This document shows positions 51,297 to 61,355 of a stretch of DNA of 64,000 bases, one piece after another. Every line of letters begins with the position of its first letter. The first letter of the stretch is position 1. The translations under genes and the position numbers were made by a program. Where the stretch lies: NCBI GenBank assembly GCA_965237905.1, contig OZ250172.1:2752001-2816000 (forward strand), given 5' to 3'. Under the pieces are notes generated by a model. That model did no database searches, had not been told where the DNA came from, and saw nothing but the letters and a program-made list of their open reading frames with translations. This DNA comes from Nitrospinaceae bacterium (lineage in GTDB: Bacteria > Nitrospinota > Nitrospinia > Nitrospinales > Nitrospinaceae).

Positions 51297-51502
51297 AGGC
51301 TTGGAAACGGACTCGGAGACGCTGTCTGCCTATATCCTCCAAGTAGTTGAGTTTTTGATGAAAAGTCACGAAGGAACAGATTGGGCACTACGGCTGATTT
51401 TATAGCTTATCAGGATGGATATCAATGTTTTTGGGAGTATGGGGCACATCCTTAGAAAGCCGTTAACTTATTATAAATAAATAGGTTACTTACATGATCA
51501 GC
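51257..51502. repeat. Direct repeat copy 1 (upstream region plus first ~13 codons of the radical SAM gene)
   Basis: Colinear with 53936-54181 at offset 2679; roughly 80% identical by eye. Confidence 0.9.
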
Positions 51503-51602
51503 AAGGGAAATGGGAAAAAATTTTAAATGATTTATGGTGAGCAGGAAAGAGGATAACCAGTCCGGAGTTTGTGAGCCTCCGAGGGGCCCACTCAGTAGGC
51601 GC

Positions 51603-53924
51603 TTACCCAGTCGATCTTTTTTCATACCAGTCAAAGTGTGAGCTGTCTATTTCACTGGCTTTGCCATTGGGACCCTTTTCAAGCAATTCGACTTCATACA
51701 TTCTCAAAATGTATCCTTCTTCATGGACTTCCCCCCCTTTGGTAAATATAAACCTGTAACGATAATATTCTTCCGGCTTTTTAATCCAAAAAGTGTTCTT
51801 CTCTTCGGGACTCCATTGAGTGTAGTCGGAATGCGAATTTACCGTTTGCCAGTTGTTGCCGTCATTAGAAGCCTGGAGTTCCCACGAAACCGGCATTCGG
51901 TCGACGGCCTCGGGCAGGTGAGACCCGATCCTGAAATTATAACCGGCTACTTTTCTTTTTGATTCAAAATGGATTTCAACCCACTCCTTCATTGGAAGTA
52001 CCCCTTGGGGTTCCCAAAAAGTGTGTAGGGATTGGTCGAAAAGATGTCTCGGACCAAAAGGAATAACTGGCCTCGGCTGATAAATATCCGATCCCGCCTT
52101 GGGATAGGATTGAGGGTAAACCGCATTCTCCTTGCCATAAGGTAGTTTCAATAAGTCCAGATTTTCCGGATTTTTTCCCTGGCGAAGGCGTTTTAAAAGG
52201 AGCAAGCGTATGTTCCTGTGGCTGTAGCCGTGCAAAATCATCTTGACTCCGAATTTGGGGCTATCGGGTGAATTAATGACGTCGGCCAGCAGATTCCTTC
52301 TTAATGCCAATCCCAGTTGTCCGGGCATGAAATCGAAACTCTTAATATCTTCCGGAATAATCAGGTAGTCCGCCTTTTTTATCCCCTTTTCCAGAATCTT
52401 TTTGAATTCATGGACAGGAGAATGCTTCTCGAAGTTGCCTGGAAATTGTTGGATTAAAGGACGCTCTTCAATCCAAGAGTAAAATAAATTGGGCGGGGGA
52501 AAACTGGCTTTTAGGCGATAATATCTTAATGTGCTTGTGCTATAAACTCCTCCAAACCACAAAAATCCTAGGTTACCTCCCTGCAGGGTATTTTCCAGGT
52601 TCAGCGCGAAACGTTCCATATCGGAAGCCGGGGCTATATTTTTATCCTTTGGGAAGGGGGTAAAAACCTTGGACATCATAATCCCGTAAGTGACGAGAAG
52701 AAGGCAGGCGGTTGGCACAAACATCGGATTCTGGATAACTCGTGCCACCTTTTGGTTGGAAAAAGTAATGGTCAAAATTCCCAGTACATTTAAAGTAAGC
52801 CCTATCAGCATTAATCGAAAAGGGTACGCTATATTAAACCAACCATGTCCATATCCTCTGGAAAATAACAATAAACCCATTAATAACATTCCATAAAATA
52901 AAACGCCTCCCGTGAGATTGCATAGGGCTAAAAGTCGATTTTCTTTGGTCCGTTTCTTTTTCCATCGTTTGAAGGCCAAAACACAGCCCGTTAAAACCAG
53001 GATATGAGAAAGGACCGTTAAAAACTTAACCCAAAAGGTAAACCACTCAAGAAATATCAACACACCTGGAAAATTAAACAGTATTAACTTCCCCCCATTT
53101 AAAACAATTTCAAATTCATTGATCAGGATGGTGAAATAACCGCCGTCATAATCTATGGCTTTAGATGCATCGCCGTAATACTTTAAAATTCCCTGGTAAT
53201 TGATCAGGTAATACCAACCCAACAGAATTCCGGAAATCAAAAAATATATCGTCAGAGGCCTAATAATCCGTTTTCGATTTGAACGGGTTTTAAAAAGCCG
53301 GTATAAAATCAAAATCCCCGGAAAAGCCAGAACGATAAGAACATAAGGCAGCGAGTTGCCGCGGCCCCATACCGCGAGGCCCGTAAAGACCCCGGCGTAC
53401 ACGGCATTTTTTATGTTTTTAGGCTCCAGAACGTAAACGATCATGTGGGCCGCCAGTGCCACCAGGATCCAATAAAAAGTTGCCTCGAGCCTTAGATTGA
53501 ACAAACCCATTTCATGCTGAAGGCCATAGACCCAGGGATAAACCCACAAAGACAGGGACAACAACAAAGTGGCGTTGAAAGATAAACTTAAGCGTCTGGT
53601 TACACGGAAAAAGGAAAGTGTACCAATCGCCATAAAAAGGTAATTGATTAGACAGAGGGAGGAGGGTTCTTTTGACAGGAAGGGAGAGAGTAGGGCTACG
53701 GGTAATTTATAAAGCCAATACCATTGTTCACTAGTAAATACCGATTTAATGGCTAAAAAATAATCTTTATGGCTCAAGTCAATCAGACTCATGAGCACTT
53801 TTGAATATTCCACTGGATCACCGAAGGGGACTACCTTCTGGTGGTATTTAAGAGAAATATTGCTAGTTATAACGTACAAGAAAATGCTGAGGGAAAATAC
53901 GATTAAAGAAATTTGGCTACGCAT
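51603..53924 (-). CDS. Polytopic membrane protein (GT-C-like) with a C-terminal discoidin/F5-8-type domain
   Basis: About 10 or more TM helices, an early GD motif, and C-terminal LFD....W...W.LQASNDG..W...YR.YRF. The ORF can extend to TTG 53963. Confidence 0.7.
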   Translation of the reverse strand: MRSQISLIVFSLSIFLYVITSNISLKYHQKVVPFGDPVEYSKVLMSLIDLSHKDYFLAIKSVFTSEQWYWLYKLPVALLSPFLSKEPSSLCLINYLFMAIGTLSFFRVTRRLSLSFNATLLLSLSLWVYPWVYGLQHEMGLFNLRLEATFYWILVALAAHMIVYVLEPKNIKNAVYAGVFTGLAVWGRGNSLPYVLIVLAFPGILILYRLFKTRSNRKRIIRPLTIYFLISGILLGWYYLINYQGILKYYGDASKAIDYDGGYFTILINEFEIVLNGGKLILFNFPGVLIFLEWFTFWVKFLTVLSHILVLTGCVLAFKRWKKKRTKENRLLALCNLTGGVLFYGMLLMGLLLFSRGYGHGWFNIAYPFRLMLIGLTLNVLGILTITFSNQKVARVIQNPMFVPTACLLLVTYGIMMSKVFTPFPKDKNIAPASDMERFALNLENTLQGGNLGFLWFGGVYSTSTLRYYRLKASFPPPNLFYSWIEERPLIQQFPGNFEKHSPVHEFKKILEKGIKKADYLIIPEDIKSFDFMPGQLGLALRRNLLADVINSPDSPKFGVKMILHGYSHRNIRLLLLKRLRQGKNPENLDLLKLPYGKENAVYPQSYPKAGSDIYQPRPVIPFGPRHLFDQSLHTFWEPQGVLPMKEWVEIHFESKRKVAGYNFRIGSHLPEAVDRMPVSWELQASNDGNNWQTVNSHSDYTQWSPEEKNTFWIKKPEEYYRYRFIFTKGGEVHEEGYILRMYEVELLEKGPNGKASEIDSSHFDWYEKRSTG

Positions 53925-53935
53925 AAAATTTCTAA

Positions 53936-54181
53936 TGGGAGGGTTAACGAGAGGAATATCCAAAATTTGACCAATAAGTTTGGAAACGGACCCGGAGACG
54001 CTATCCGCCTATATCCTTCAAGTAGTTGAGTTTTTGATGAAAAGTCAATAAGGAACCGATTGTACACTGTGGCTGACTCTATAGCTTATCAGGTAGGACA
54101 TCAATTTTTTTTGGAGTATTTGGTGCATCTTTGGGAAGCCGTTAACTTATTATAAATAAAAAGATTATTTACATGATCAGC
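53936..54181. repeat. Direct repeat copy 2
   Basis: See copy 1; the duplicated ATG reads ATT here. Confidence 0.9.
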
Positions 54182-54224
54182 CAAGTGAATTGTTTCATTT
54201 AGCATCCGGAACTACCCCAGGAAA

Positions 54225-56510
54225 TCAGGGGTTGTGAAGCCTAAGGTTCAGCCTTTTCCAGTCCGAGGCAATTTTCTTTGGGATGGACTCGCTACCGTCG
54301 AGAACTTCTGCCAGGTCTTTTCGAAAAACGGCAAAGAACCATGGCTTTATTTTATGAATGGAGGTTAGATCATTAGAAATAGTTTCTGTCTGATTTAATC
54401 GGATTTTCAACAACCATAATAGTTGTGAATCGGTGGAGGGATCCATGAAGTTTTCCAAGAGGACGGCGGCGTCATCAAGGGAATTGCTTTTCTTGGCGAG
54501 GATGGTACCCAAATAAAACAAGCTACTTTCCCAGATAATTTTTTCAATTTGTTTTATATACTTCTCCTGCCCATGGATGCGGTAACTTACAAGGTTGCGC
54601 ATTAGCGCATCATAATCAAAGTGCGAATCATGGAATTCACGCCAAAAAAGAAGGTCGTTAGGACGATACCGTAAAGAAGAACAGGTAATTATTTTTAAAA
54701 ATAAATTTTTTGCGGAAACGTATTCTTTTAATTCAAATTCAATGCGCGCAAGATTGAATAGTGCCGCCAATCGTTTGGGATGTTCCGCAACCAAACGGGT
54801 ATAGGAATTCTTGGCCGCAAATAGATATTTCCAATCTATTGAATCAATCAGGGCTCCTAAAGTACTTTGGTTTTTTCCCAAGGCTAATTTGTTTGTAGCC
54901 CGGCGAAAGGCGCCGACGGCTTTTTTAAATAAGTTCCACAGGGTCTTGAGCACCTTAAAAATTTTAAACATCGACATCGATTTTGTTTTGGATAGCAGGG
55001 AAATCAATTGAGTTCTCAAGCCGGAGGTCATGGTTATGATTTGGGTGGGCAGGTGCTTTTGCGACACATGGGAATAAAGGAAGGATTCGCCGATGGCGTC
55101 AAGAACCTCATAAGAATTGGAGTTTGTCAGATGGGCTCGAAAGTCTTCGTGATGGGATAAAAGTCTTTCTCTAGACCAGTCGCAGGAATATTGAATACGG
55201 AAAGGCGACCGGTTAGGATACCTTATATTGGAAAAAGGCGTTGTGATGGGTTTGCCTTTTTTCTCGATCAGGGAAGCAAAGGTGACTAGATTGAATAGGT
55301 ATCGTTTGGTGCATTTTTTTATATCAAAAAATTTCCGGACTTGATGAGCTCCCCGTTCAGCGGCCATTTTATATTTGGAGTCCCAATTTTGGATGACTTC
55401 CATCGCGTTTTCCGACAGGGTTTCATCCCGATAAGGGATTGCTCCTTCATCTGGGCCGAGAAATATACCCAACTCTCCCCCTTCCTGATAGAGGACGCAG
55501 CATCCCATGCTGAGGGCTTCCAAGGCGCGGCCATTGATCAAGCCCCATCGATTGACATAAGTGAAGGTGCATTTTGCCTGCCTAAGAAAGTGGTAATAAA
55601 ACTCCTCATGTACATAACCGTCGTGTACATAGATGTTAAAATTTTCCGGAAGTTGTAACAATTTGTAGATGGACTTTGATTTTCCTTCGTTATTGTCGAA
55701 TTGCTTTCCGGATATATAGAAGTCCAATATTTTTTTTCGGCTCAGAGAAGTTTTCGGCGATGCGTTGACACCAAGAAGTAAAGGGAATACAAAAGCCTGA
55801 CCGCAACCCAATTGTGCTAAATCCGAATGATCGCAACTGCCCAAAGCGATGGCGGCGTCAAACAACTTCATCAGATGATAGCAATGGTGAAAATGTCTGT
55901 CATAGTCCTGAGTGTGAAACAAAGTGGGGAAGGGGGCGTGTTCTATGCCTATGGGAGGCGGGTGATCCTCCAGCATATGGGATAAAAAAATATCTGGAAT
56001 CCAGCCCTCAGGTAACTTTCCCAAAACTTCATCGAGTGTGGTGGTGGGCCGAATGGGTATATCCGAATGAGAGGCATATCCAACGGTGATGACATCGGCT
56101 TCTTGAATGGATCTAAAATTTCCTACGTGGTCATAATTCGGGTGTTTGGAATCGTCTCTTGCTTGTAATAATATGCGTATTTTGGATTGCCGCACCCACT
56201 TTAAAAGCTTTTGTGCCGCCGACCCATATTCTGGATCGTCTACAATGCCATCCAACAAATTTTGGGCCTCGCGCTTTTTTCCCAAATGCCACAACGCGAT
56301 GGCCCCGCAAAACCGGTTTCGCGGACGAGTTGATCCTTTAATATTGGGATATCCGCGTTCAATATCTCCTAGTAAAATGAGACTGCATCCCGCCAATTCC
56401 GGGCAAGAGGTCAATTGATAGGATTGGGAATAATTGCCCGACCGAAAGGCGTTTTCGGCCAGAAGTTCTCTTGATGGGGAAACAGTTTCGTTGGGTAGAT
56501 TAGACTTCAT
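54225..56510 (-). CDS. Large glycosyltransferase-like protein with TPR-like helical regions
   Basis: PD.F...P..IE..PFPT...D.D and INGRALEALSMGCCVL (GT-B-like); helical C-terminus; glycan-cluster context. Confidence 0.65.
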   Translation of the reverse strand: MKSNLPNETVSPSRELLAENAFRSGNYSQSYQLTSCPELAGCSLILLGDIERGYPNIKGSTRPRNRFCGAIALWHLGKKREAQNLLDGIVDDPEYGSAAQKLLKWVRQSKIRILLQARDDSKHPNYDHVGNFRSIQEADVITVGYASHSDIPIRPTTTLDEVLGKLPEGWIPDIFLSHMLEDHPPPIGIEHAPFPTLFHTQDYDRHFHHCYHLMKLFDAAIALGSCDHSDLAQLGCGQAFVFPLLLGVNASPKTSLSRKKILDFYISGKQFDNNEGKSKSIYKLLQLPENFNIYVHDGYVHEEFYYHFLRQAKCTFTYVNRWGLINGRALEALSMGCCVLYQEGGELGIFLGPDEGAIPYRDETLSENAMEVIQNWDSKYKMAAERGAHQVRKFFDIKKCTKRYLFNLVTFASLIEKKGKPITTPFSNIRYPNRSPFRIQYSCDWSRERLLSHHEDFRAHLTNSNSYEVLDAIGESFLYSHVSQKHLPTQIITMTSGLRTQLISLLSKTKSMSMFKIFKVLKTLWNLFKKAVGAFRRATNKLALGKNQSTLGALIDSIDWKYLFAAKNSYTRLVAEHPKRLAALFNLARIEFELKEYVSAKNLFLKIITCSSLRYRPNDLLFWREFHDSHFDYDALMRNLVSYRIHGQEKYIKQIEKIIWESSLFYLGTILAKKSNSLDDAAVLLENFMDPSTDSQLLWLLKIRLNQTETISNDLTSIHKIKPWFFAVFRKDLAEVLDGSESIPKKIASDWKRLNLRLHNP

Positions 56511-56544
56511 TAGATAAACGGCACTCCGTGTGGGTTGTTATGTC

Positions 56545-57495
56545 TTAATTGGGTTTCCAGACTATCAGCGAATATCCTTCATGAAACATACTGCCGAAAT
56601 ATAATCTCTTTTCCACCATGATATCGATTGCTCCCTCACCTTGGAGTTTTCTTAAGGCCGTGAGAAAGCCGTCAAGATAGTTTCTTTTTTTGTGGTATTT
56701 GATGGCGAGCGCGTCAAATAAGTAATTACTGTCATACAACTCGATGATCGGCTCCAGATGGATTATGATTTTGGGGCGAACTTCCAATAGGTACTTCATC
56801 ATGGGGGAAAATAAAGTTCCTAGCTGCTCCATAGAGTGCATTGTCATGACAGCGGTATTCCCGTCAATAGCTACCTGGTCTTTTCCTTCCAGGGTGAGCA
56901 TGTTGAACCTAACCTCTTTGATGTTCGCATTCGTGCATTGGTTGATGATCTTAAGTATTTCCTGGGACGGGATAGCCCAATCGCACCCCACAAAAGATCT
57001 CTTGGGAAATAGCTCATTTAAAATGAGTAGACTGGTTCCTGTTCCGCATCCGAATTCCACGACCCGACTTGCATTCGCTAAAAACTTCTTGAAAACAATT
57101 TTTCTTAAAACGGTATAAAAATCATTTTCGAAAGTGCGGGAAAAAACCTTTATATAATCACCTTTCCAACGGAGGGTATCATGATAAATGTATTGGGGTA
57201 TTAAAAGGCCGGGGTTAAATTCCTTGTTTTTCAGATTTTCAAGGATTTCCCCCCAGCCCTGGTTCCACCGTGTGGGATTATTTTTCCCGGAAGGATGTAG
57301 GTCCGTGTCGTCAAGCTTATTCAATACCTCTAAAGTAATTCCGTCGCGTTCGCTTTGTGCAGGCGCCCTATAGCTTAGGTTGGGAAAACTATGTCCTTCA
57401 AGAAGGGACTCTATGTGGGAAGGATCCTGATCTAAGCAATCAGCGAAATCCTTCGGCCTAATAAAACCTGAATGCCATAAAGGCGGGTTTTGCAT
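56545..57495 (-). CDS. Class I SAM-dependent methyltransferase
   Basis: VVEFGCGTG, GCDW, HSMEQL and HLEP motifs. Confidence 0.8.
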   Translation of the reverse strand: MQNPPLWHSGFIRPKDFADCLDQDPSHIESLLEGHSFPNLSYRAPAQSERDGITLEVLNKLDDTDLHPSGKNNPTRWNQGWGEILENLKNKEFNPGLLIPQYIYHDTLRWKGDYIKVFSRTFENDFYTVLRKIVFKKFLANASRVVEFGCGTGTSLLILNELFPKRSFVGCDWAIPSQEILKIINQCTNANIKEVRFNMLTLEGKDQVAIDGNTAVMTMHSMEQLGTLFSPMMKYLLEVRPKIIIHLEPIIELYDSNYLFDALAIKYHKKRNYLDGFLTALRKLQGEGAIDIMVEKRLYFGSMFHEGYSLIVWKPN

Positions 57496-58451
57496 TATCT
57501 CAGAAAGTATGTTTTAAAACTTGCTGCATAGTCATTTTTAGTCAAGTCACTGCCCTGAAACGGTTTCAGCGGTTCACTGGATATCAGCATTCGGTTGATT
57601 CCATAATCACACCACTCCTCAAAAGAAATATAATTTTTAAGACGATCACTCTTCATATAATCATCCGGGTCTATCTTTTGTTTGGGGATAAACCGGAAAT
57701 CAATGGACAGCCGCAGGTTTCCGGAGGATTTTACAGTTTGGTGCAATAATATGGAGTCAGTGAAAATCAGAGTGCTTTTCGAAAAGTCACAGCCTTCATA
57801 CTTAATGGCATCATGGACTACATCGGCGCCTTCCAAAAAATCATCCAAGGGGCGGGATAAATTTTTCGGGAAATTTTTTGGTTCCCAAAAGTTAATCCCG
57901 GTATTGAGGGTATCTCCCAGCACAGGTATGAACGCCATGATGGCATTGGCAGGTTCTCCTGCCCATATATCGCTGTGAACTTTGGTTGCCGACCGAGGTC
58001 TGTTGTCGACAATAGGGTTGGGTGTGCCATCGACTAGGCGAATATTGATCGGCATATGAATGCTATCTATTTGAGAGTTTATTTTTAAGGCTCGGAAAAT
58101 TTGCGCCACGCTCTTGTGAACCAAATTAAATTCGAAATAAGTTTCTTTTTTCGGAAGCACCAATCCATTCGCAGTGATATTGGGCAGGGCCTTGATCTGA
58201 TTGGGATATTTTTCAATCAGATCAAGACTTAATTCGAACAAATCATTTTTAAAATAATTTGTCAGGTTGGAATATAAATAATAATTAATTGATGTGTTTA
58301 ATCGCTCGAAAAGAGTGGCGGAAATATTGGTGGCCTTTAACAAGGGGAAGTCCTGGCAAAGAGAAAAATGAGACATTATCTTTTCAAGTCGTTCCGCACG
58401 GTCGGGGATTGTTATAAAAGAACTGTCGAGCTTCTCGATTAACTTGACCAT
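57495..58451 (-). CDS. Putative Fe(II)/2-oxoglutarate oxygenase-fold protein
   Basis: HSD...HQT...RLSIDFR fits an HxD...H...RxS pattern. Confidence 0.6.
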   Translation of the reverse strand: MVKLIEKLDSSFITIPDRAERLEKIMSHFSLCQDFPLLKATNISATLFERLNTSINYYLYSNLTNYFKNDLFELSLDLIEKYPNQIKALPNITANGLVLPKKETYFEFNLVHKSVAQIFRALKINSQIDSIHMPINIRLVDGTPNPIVDNRPRSATKVHSDIWAGEPANAIMAFIPVLGDTLNTGINFWEPKNFPKNLSRPLDDFLEGADVVHDAIKYEGCDFSKSTLIFTDSILLHQTVKSSGNLRLSIDFRFIPKQKIDPDDYMKSDRLKNYISFEEWCDYGINRMLISSEPLKPFQGSDLTKNDYAASFKTYFLR

Positions 58452-58498
58452 GGCATTCCCTTATCCATAAAGATAGGTGTTCGCCTGGAGCTTGGCGC

Positions 58499-59893
58499 CT
58501 ATTCAGGTGAAATTTGAAAAACTTTATCCTGATCCTTCAAGTGATTGTCTAATTTTATCAAAACGTTCTTATAGGAGCCATCCAAAAAACATTTTTTGTT
58601 TTGGATATGTTCTTTCAAAGAGGTTTCGCCCCATCGGATTTCTCCCGCATCCATGGCGACAGCATAATACATTTTGTCGAAATATACCAAGTTGAAACCT
58701 TTGTAATCAATTTTGATAATATCAGGAACTTGGGAAAATTCTTCGATAAGACGTTGCACTTCCTCCAATGAGTTCCCAATAAACAGTTTCCCTTTTTGGG
58801 CGTGGGGTTCCAGGTCGTCTTTGAAGATATTTATTTCCCCGATTTCCTGCGCGACCGCGTAAAATTTCTTATCATAAAAAACAATATTGAAGCCCTTCCA
58901 ACCCGTATCGATCAGGCGGACCTGTTTGAAATAAATGTCCATATCTAGAACTTCTCGAAGGGTACTCTCTTTAGGGTTTTCTCGAAAAGAACTAAGAGGG
59001 GCGGGAGCGTGGTTTTGCTTGTTCGTAGGTCCGTCGATTTCAGTGGAAGTAGGATCAAGTTTATTCGCCGTGGTTTGCCAAGACGAGGGTATTTTTGCTT
59101 TAAATTCCTTTTTCAAATAACTTTTCAGGAAGGTTATCTGTTTTTGGTATATTCTTTGTAAAGGAGTTCTAAGGTTTTCGGGAAGTTTCGAGGCCATGCC
59201 CTTTAAGATTTGTTCTTGGACCTTGAATTCCGACCAGTCCACATTTCCCTCTATACCTAAAAACCGGAAAATTTCTCCCAATAGTTTAGCGGGATTTTCA
59301 CGAATGGCCTCAAAGAAGCCGACAAAAATCTGGTTTTTTGGGTAAACCTGCGTCCAACGCTGGAGGGAACCCCGATAATCGCTGTACGTCATTGACCAGG
59401 CATGAGTAAAGTTTTCTATCCATTCGGAGTCTTCAATTTGGTTGAAATCTTTAGCGCAAGAGCAAAAATTGGCCTCCTGGTAAGCCCAATTGTGTTTAGC
59501 CTGAGACCAAGCCCTTTCCACCGGGTCGCGCATCAGGAAAATCAGTTTTAAATCCGGCAAAAAAGAATGAAGGGTAGCGATGGCATTGGGAGGTAGAATG
59601 GAATAGGCGGGGGAAGCGTCGCCCTTTTTTCGCCCGGCACCTTCATCAAAAACTTGAAAATATTGGTTGATATCCCAGTGTCTCCAGAAGTGACTGAAAT
59701 ACTTCAGCTCCTTGATTTCGGGGATAAATACCTCCGGATGACAGGTCAAATTGGAGCCCAGCCAAGTCGAGCCTGTCTTGGGAGGTGAAATGATGAAAAA
59801 GTCCGGTGCAAGTTTCCTGTTTGCGGCCTCTAAATGGCCGATGCAGTGGGAGTAGTCTTCCCAATCTCTATCTAGACCTTTTTCTGGATTCAT
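58499..59893 (-). CDS. Sulfotransferase with a duplicated C-terminal domain
   Basis: PPKTGSTWL (5'-PSB), KE..YF and RDPVERAWS (3'-PB); two similar KGFN.V..DK..YAVA...GEI units. Confidence 0.88.
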   Translation of the reverse strand: MNPEKGLDRDWEDYSHCIGHLEAANRKLAPDFFIISPPKTGSTWLGSNLTCHPEVFIPEIKELKYFSHFWRHWDINQYFQVFDEGAGRKKGDASPAYSILPPNAIATLHSFLPDLKLIFLMRDPVERAWSQAKHNWAYQEANFCSCAKDFNQIEDSEWIENFTHAWSMTYSDYRGSLQRWTQVYPKNQIFVGFFEAIRENPAKLLGEIFRFLGIEGNVDWSEFKVQEQILKGMASKLPENLRTPLQRIYQKQITFLKSYLKKEFKAKIPSSWQTTANKLDPTSTEIDGPTNKQNHAPAPLSSFRENPKESTLREVLDMDIYFKQVRLIDTGWKGFNIVFYDKKFYAVAQEIGEINIFKDDLEPHAQKGKLFIGNSLEEVQRLIEEFSQVPDIIKIDYKGFNLVYFDKMYYAVAMDAGEIRWGETSLKEHIQNKKCFLDGSYKNVLIKLDNHLKDQDKVFQISPE

Positions 59894-59997
59894 GGCTCAT
59901 TTTTGGCAAGCCGCCAAACTGGATAAGTTTTGAATTCACCCCTTAACAAAACGGGGATTCCTATAATAAAAGTATCATCTGCAAAGGAAATCGTTTT

Positions 59998-61353
59998 TCA
60001 CACAGGTACTTTGCGGCAAACTTCCTGTAGATGGGTTTCAAAATGGACAAAACCATCGTATCGCCCACGGTTTTCTACTTTTAAATGGACCAGGCCGTTT
60101 CTGAAATCCAAGGGGAAACCGTTCTCGCCCTGTTCTTCACCCAATCCAAAATCAAAAAAATAATCTCCTGCATTCAAATTAAGCGTTACTGAAATTTTAA
60201 AAACCCTAATTTCTGAGGGTTGGGCGGGATCCATCTCCATGTGTGCGAAACGCGTGTTGTTTCCGTAGATCAGAATTCCATCCATGGTTTTAATCCCGAA
60301 TCCAAAAGCCGGTTGATTCACCAGCCGGTGGTATTTGACCTTCAGGTAAAAATCCACCGTGTTGTAGGAATAAACCGAAACCGGATCAAATCTCTCTCCT
60401 GCGACCACTAGGTAATCAATGATCGAGGCTCGGCCATCCCCCATGCGGTATTCATTTTTATTGTAACTGTTTCGATGAAGGCATCTTTCTTCTCCCGCAA
60501 TCCCCTCTAAAAATTCATTTAATGGATTGGGGGCCGACCGGCTCCTGGGCTCATGTTCTTCAGGATTAGAGAAAGAAGAAGGCTTCTCCAGTACATTTTT
60601 TCTTTCCTTAAAGGAATCTGTAAGAACAAGGTTGATATAGGTGTTCACTACATCACTGGGTTTCCCCGCCTCGATAAGGGAACCTTTATTTATAAGCAAG
60701 GCATGATCGCAATGCCTGACTATGGTATTGGAATCATGGGTGGTCAACAAAATGGTTTTTCCCGCTTCCTGGAATTCCCGGAATTTCTGAAAACACTTTT
60801 GTTGGAATTTGGCGTCGCCCACGGCGATAACTTCATCGATCACCAGGATTTCCGGGTCCACATGGATGGCAATGGCGAAGGCCAGCCGGAGCATCATCCC
60901 GGAAGAATAAATTCTTAACGGTTGGTCAAAAAACTCTCCTATATCTGCAAAAGCCTCGATGTCTCCCACTCTTTCTTTTAATTTGAGCGGTGAAATCCCC
61001 ATCAGGGATCCCTTAAAAAAAACATTATCCCGGCCGGTAAAGTCGGGATTGAGTCCAGCGTCCAGTGACAACAGGGCCGAAACTTCCCCGTTTACCTTGA
61101 TCGAACCGGTAGTCGGTTTTAAAACGGAACAGATGATTTGGAGCAGGGTGCTTTTCCCGGAACCATTACGGCCGATAATCCCGACCGTGGCTCCTTTGGG
61201 AATCTGAAAATCGATATCCCTCAACGCCCAGAACTCGCGGTGGTATTTTTTATTGAACGGGTGCAGGGTTTCCCACAATCGTTCCTTCGGAGAGTTGAAC
61301 AAGCGGTATTTTTTTGAAACGTTCTGGACTGAAACCGCAAGGGCATCACCCAT
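59998..61353 (-). CDS. wzt: Polysaccharide ABC exporter ATPase with a C-terminal Wzt_C domain
   Basis: FWALRDI, GRNGSGKST, YSSGM..RLAFA, IDE..AVGD..FQ.KC and a C-terminal Ig-like domain (L..GDY). Confidence 0.92.
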   Translation of the reverse strand: MGDALAVSVQNVSKKYRLFNSPKERLWETLHPFNKKYHREFWALRDIDFQIPKGATVGIIGRNGSGKSTLLQIICSVLKPTTGSIKVNGEVSALLSLDAGLNPDFTGRDNVFFKGSLMGISPLKLKERVGDIEAFADIGEFFDQPLRIYSSGMMLRLAFAIAIHVDPEILVIDEVIAVGDAKFQQKCFQKFREFQEAGKTILLTTHDSNTIVRHCDHALLINKGSLIEAGKPSDVVNTYINLVLTDSFKERKNVLEKPSSFSNPEEHEPRSRSAPNPLNEFLEGIAGEERCLHRNSYNKNEYRMGDGRASIIDYLVVAGERFDPVSVYSYNTVDFYLKVKYHRLVNQPAFGFGIKTMDGILIYGNNTRFAHMEMDPAQPSEIRVFKISVTLNLNAGDYFFDFGLGEEQGENGFPLDFRNGLVHLKVENRGRYDGFVHFETHLQEVCRKVPV

Positions 61354-61355
61354 GG

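Noticed and set aside
51297..51502. JUMPstart/ops element in the duplicated leader
   Set aside because: No GGCGGTAG core on the coding strand; the nearest match (AGCCGTAG) is too weak.
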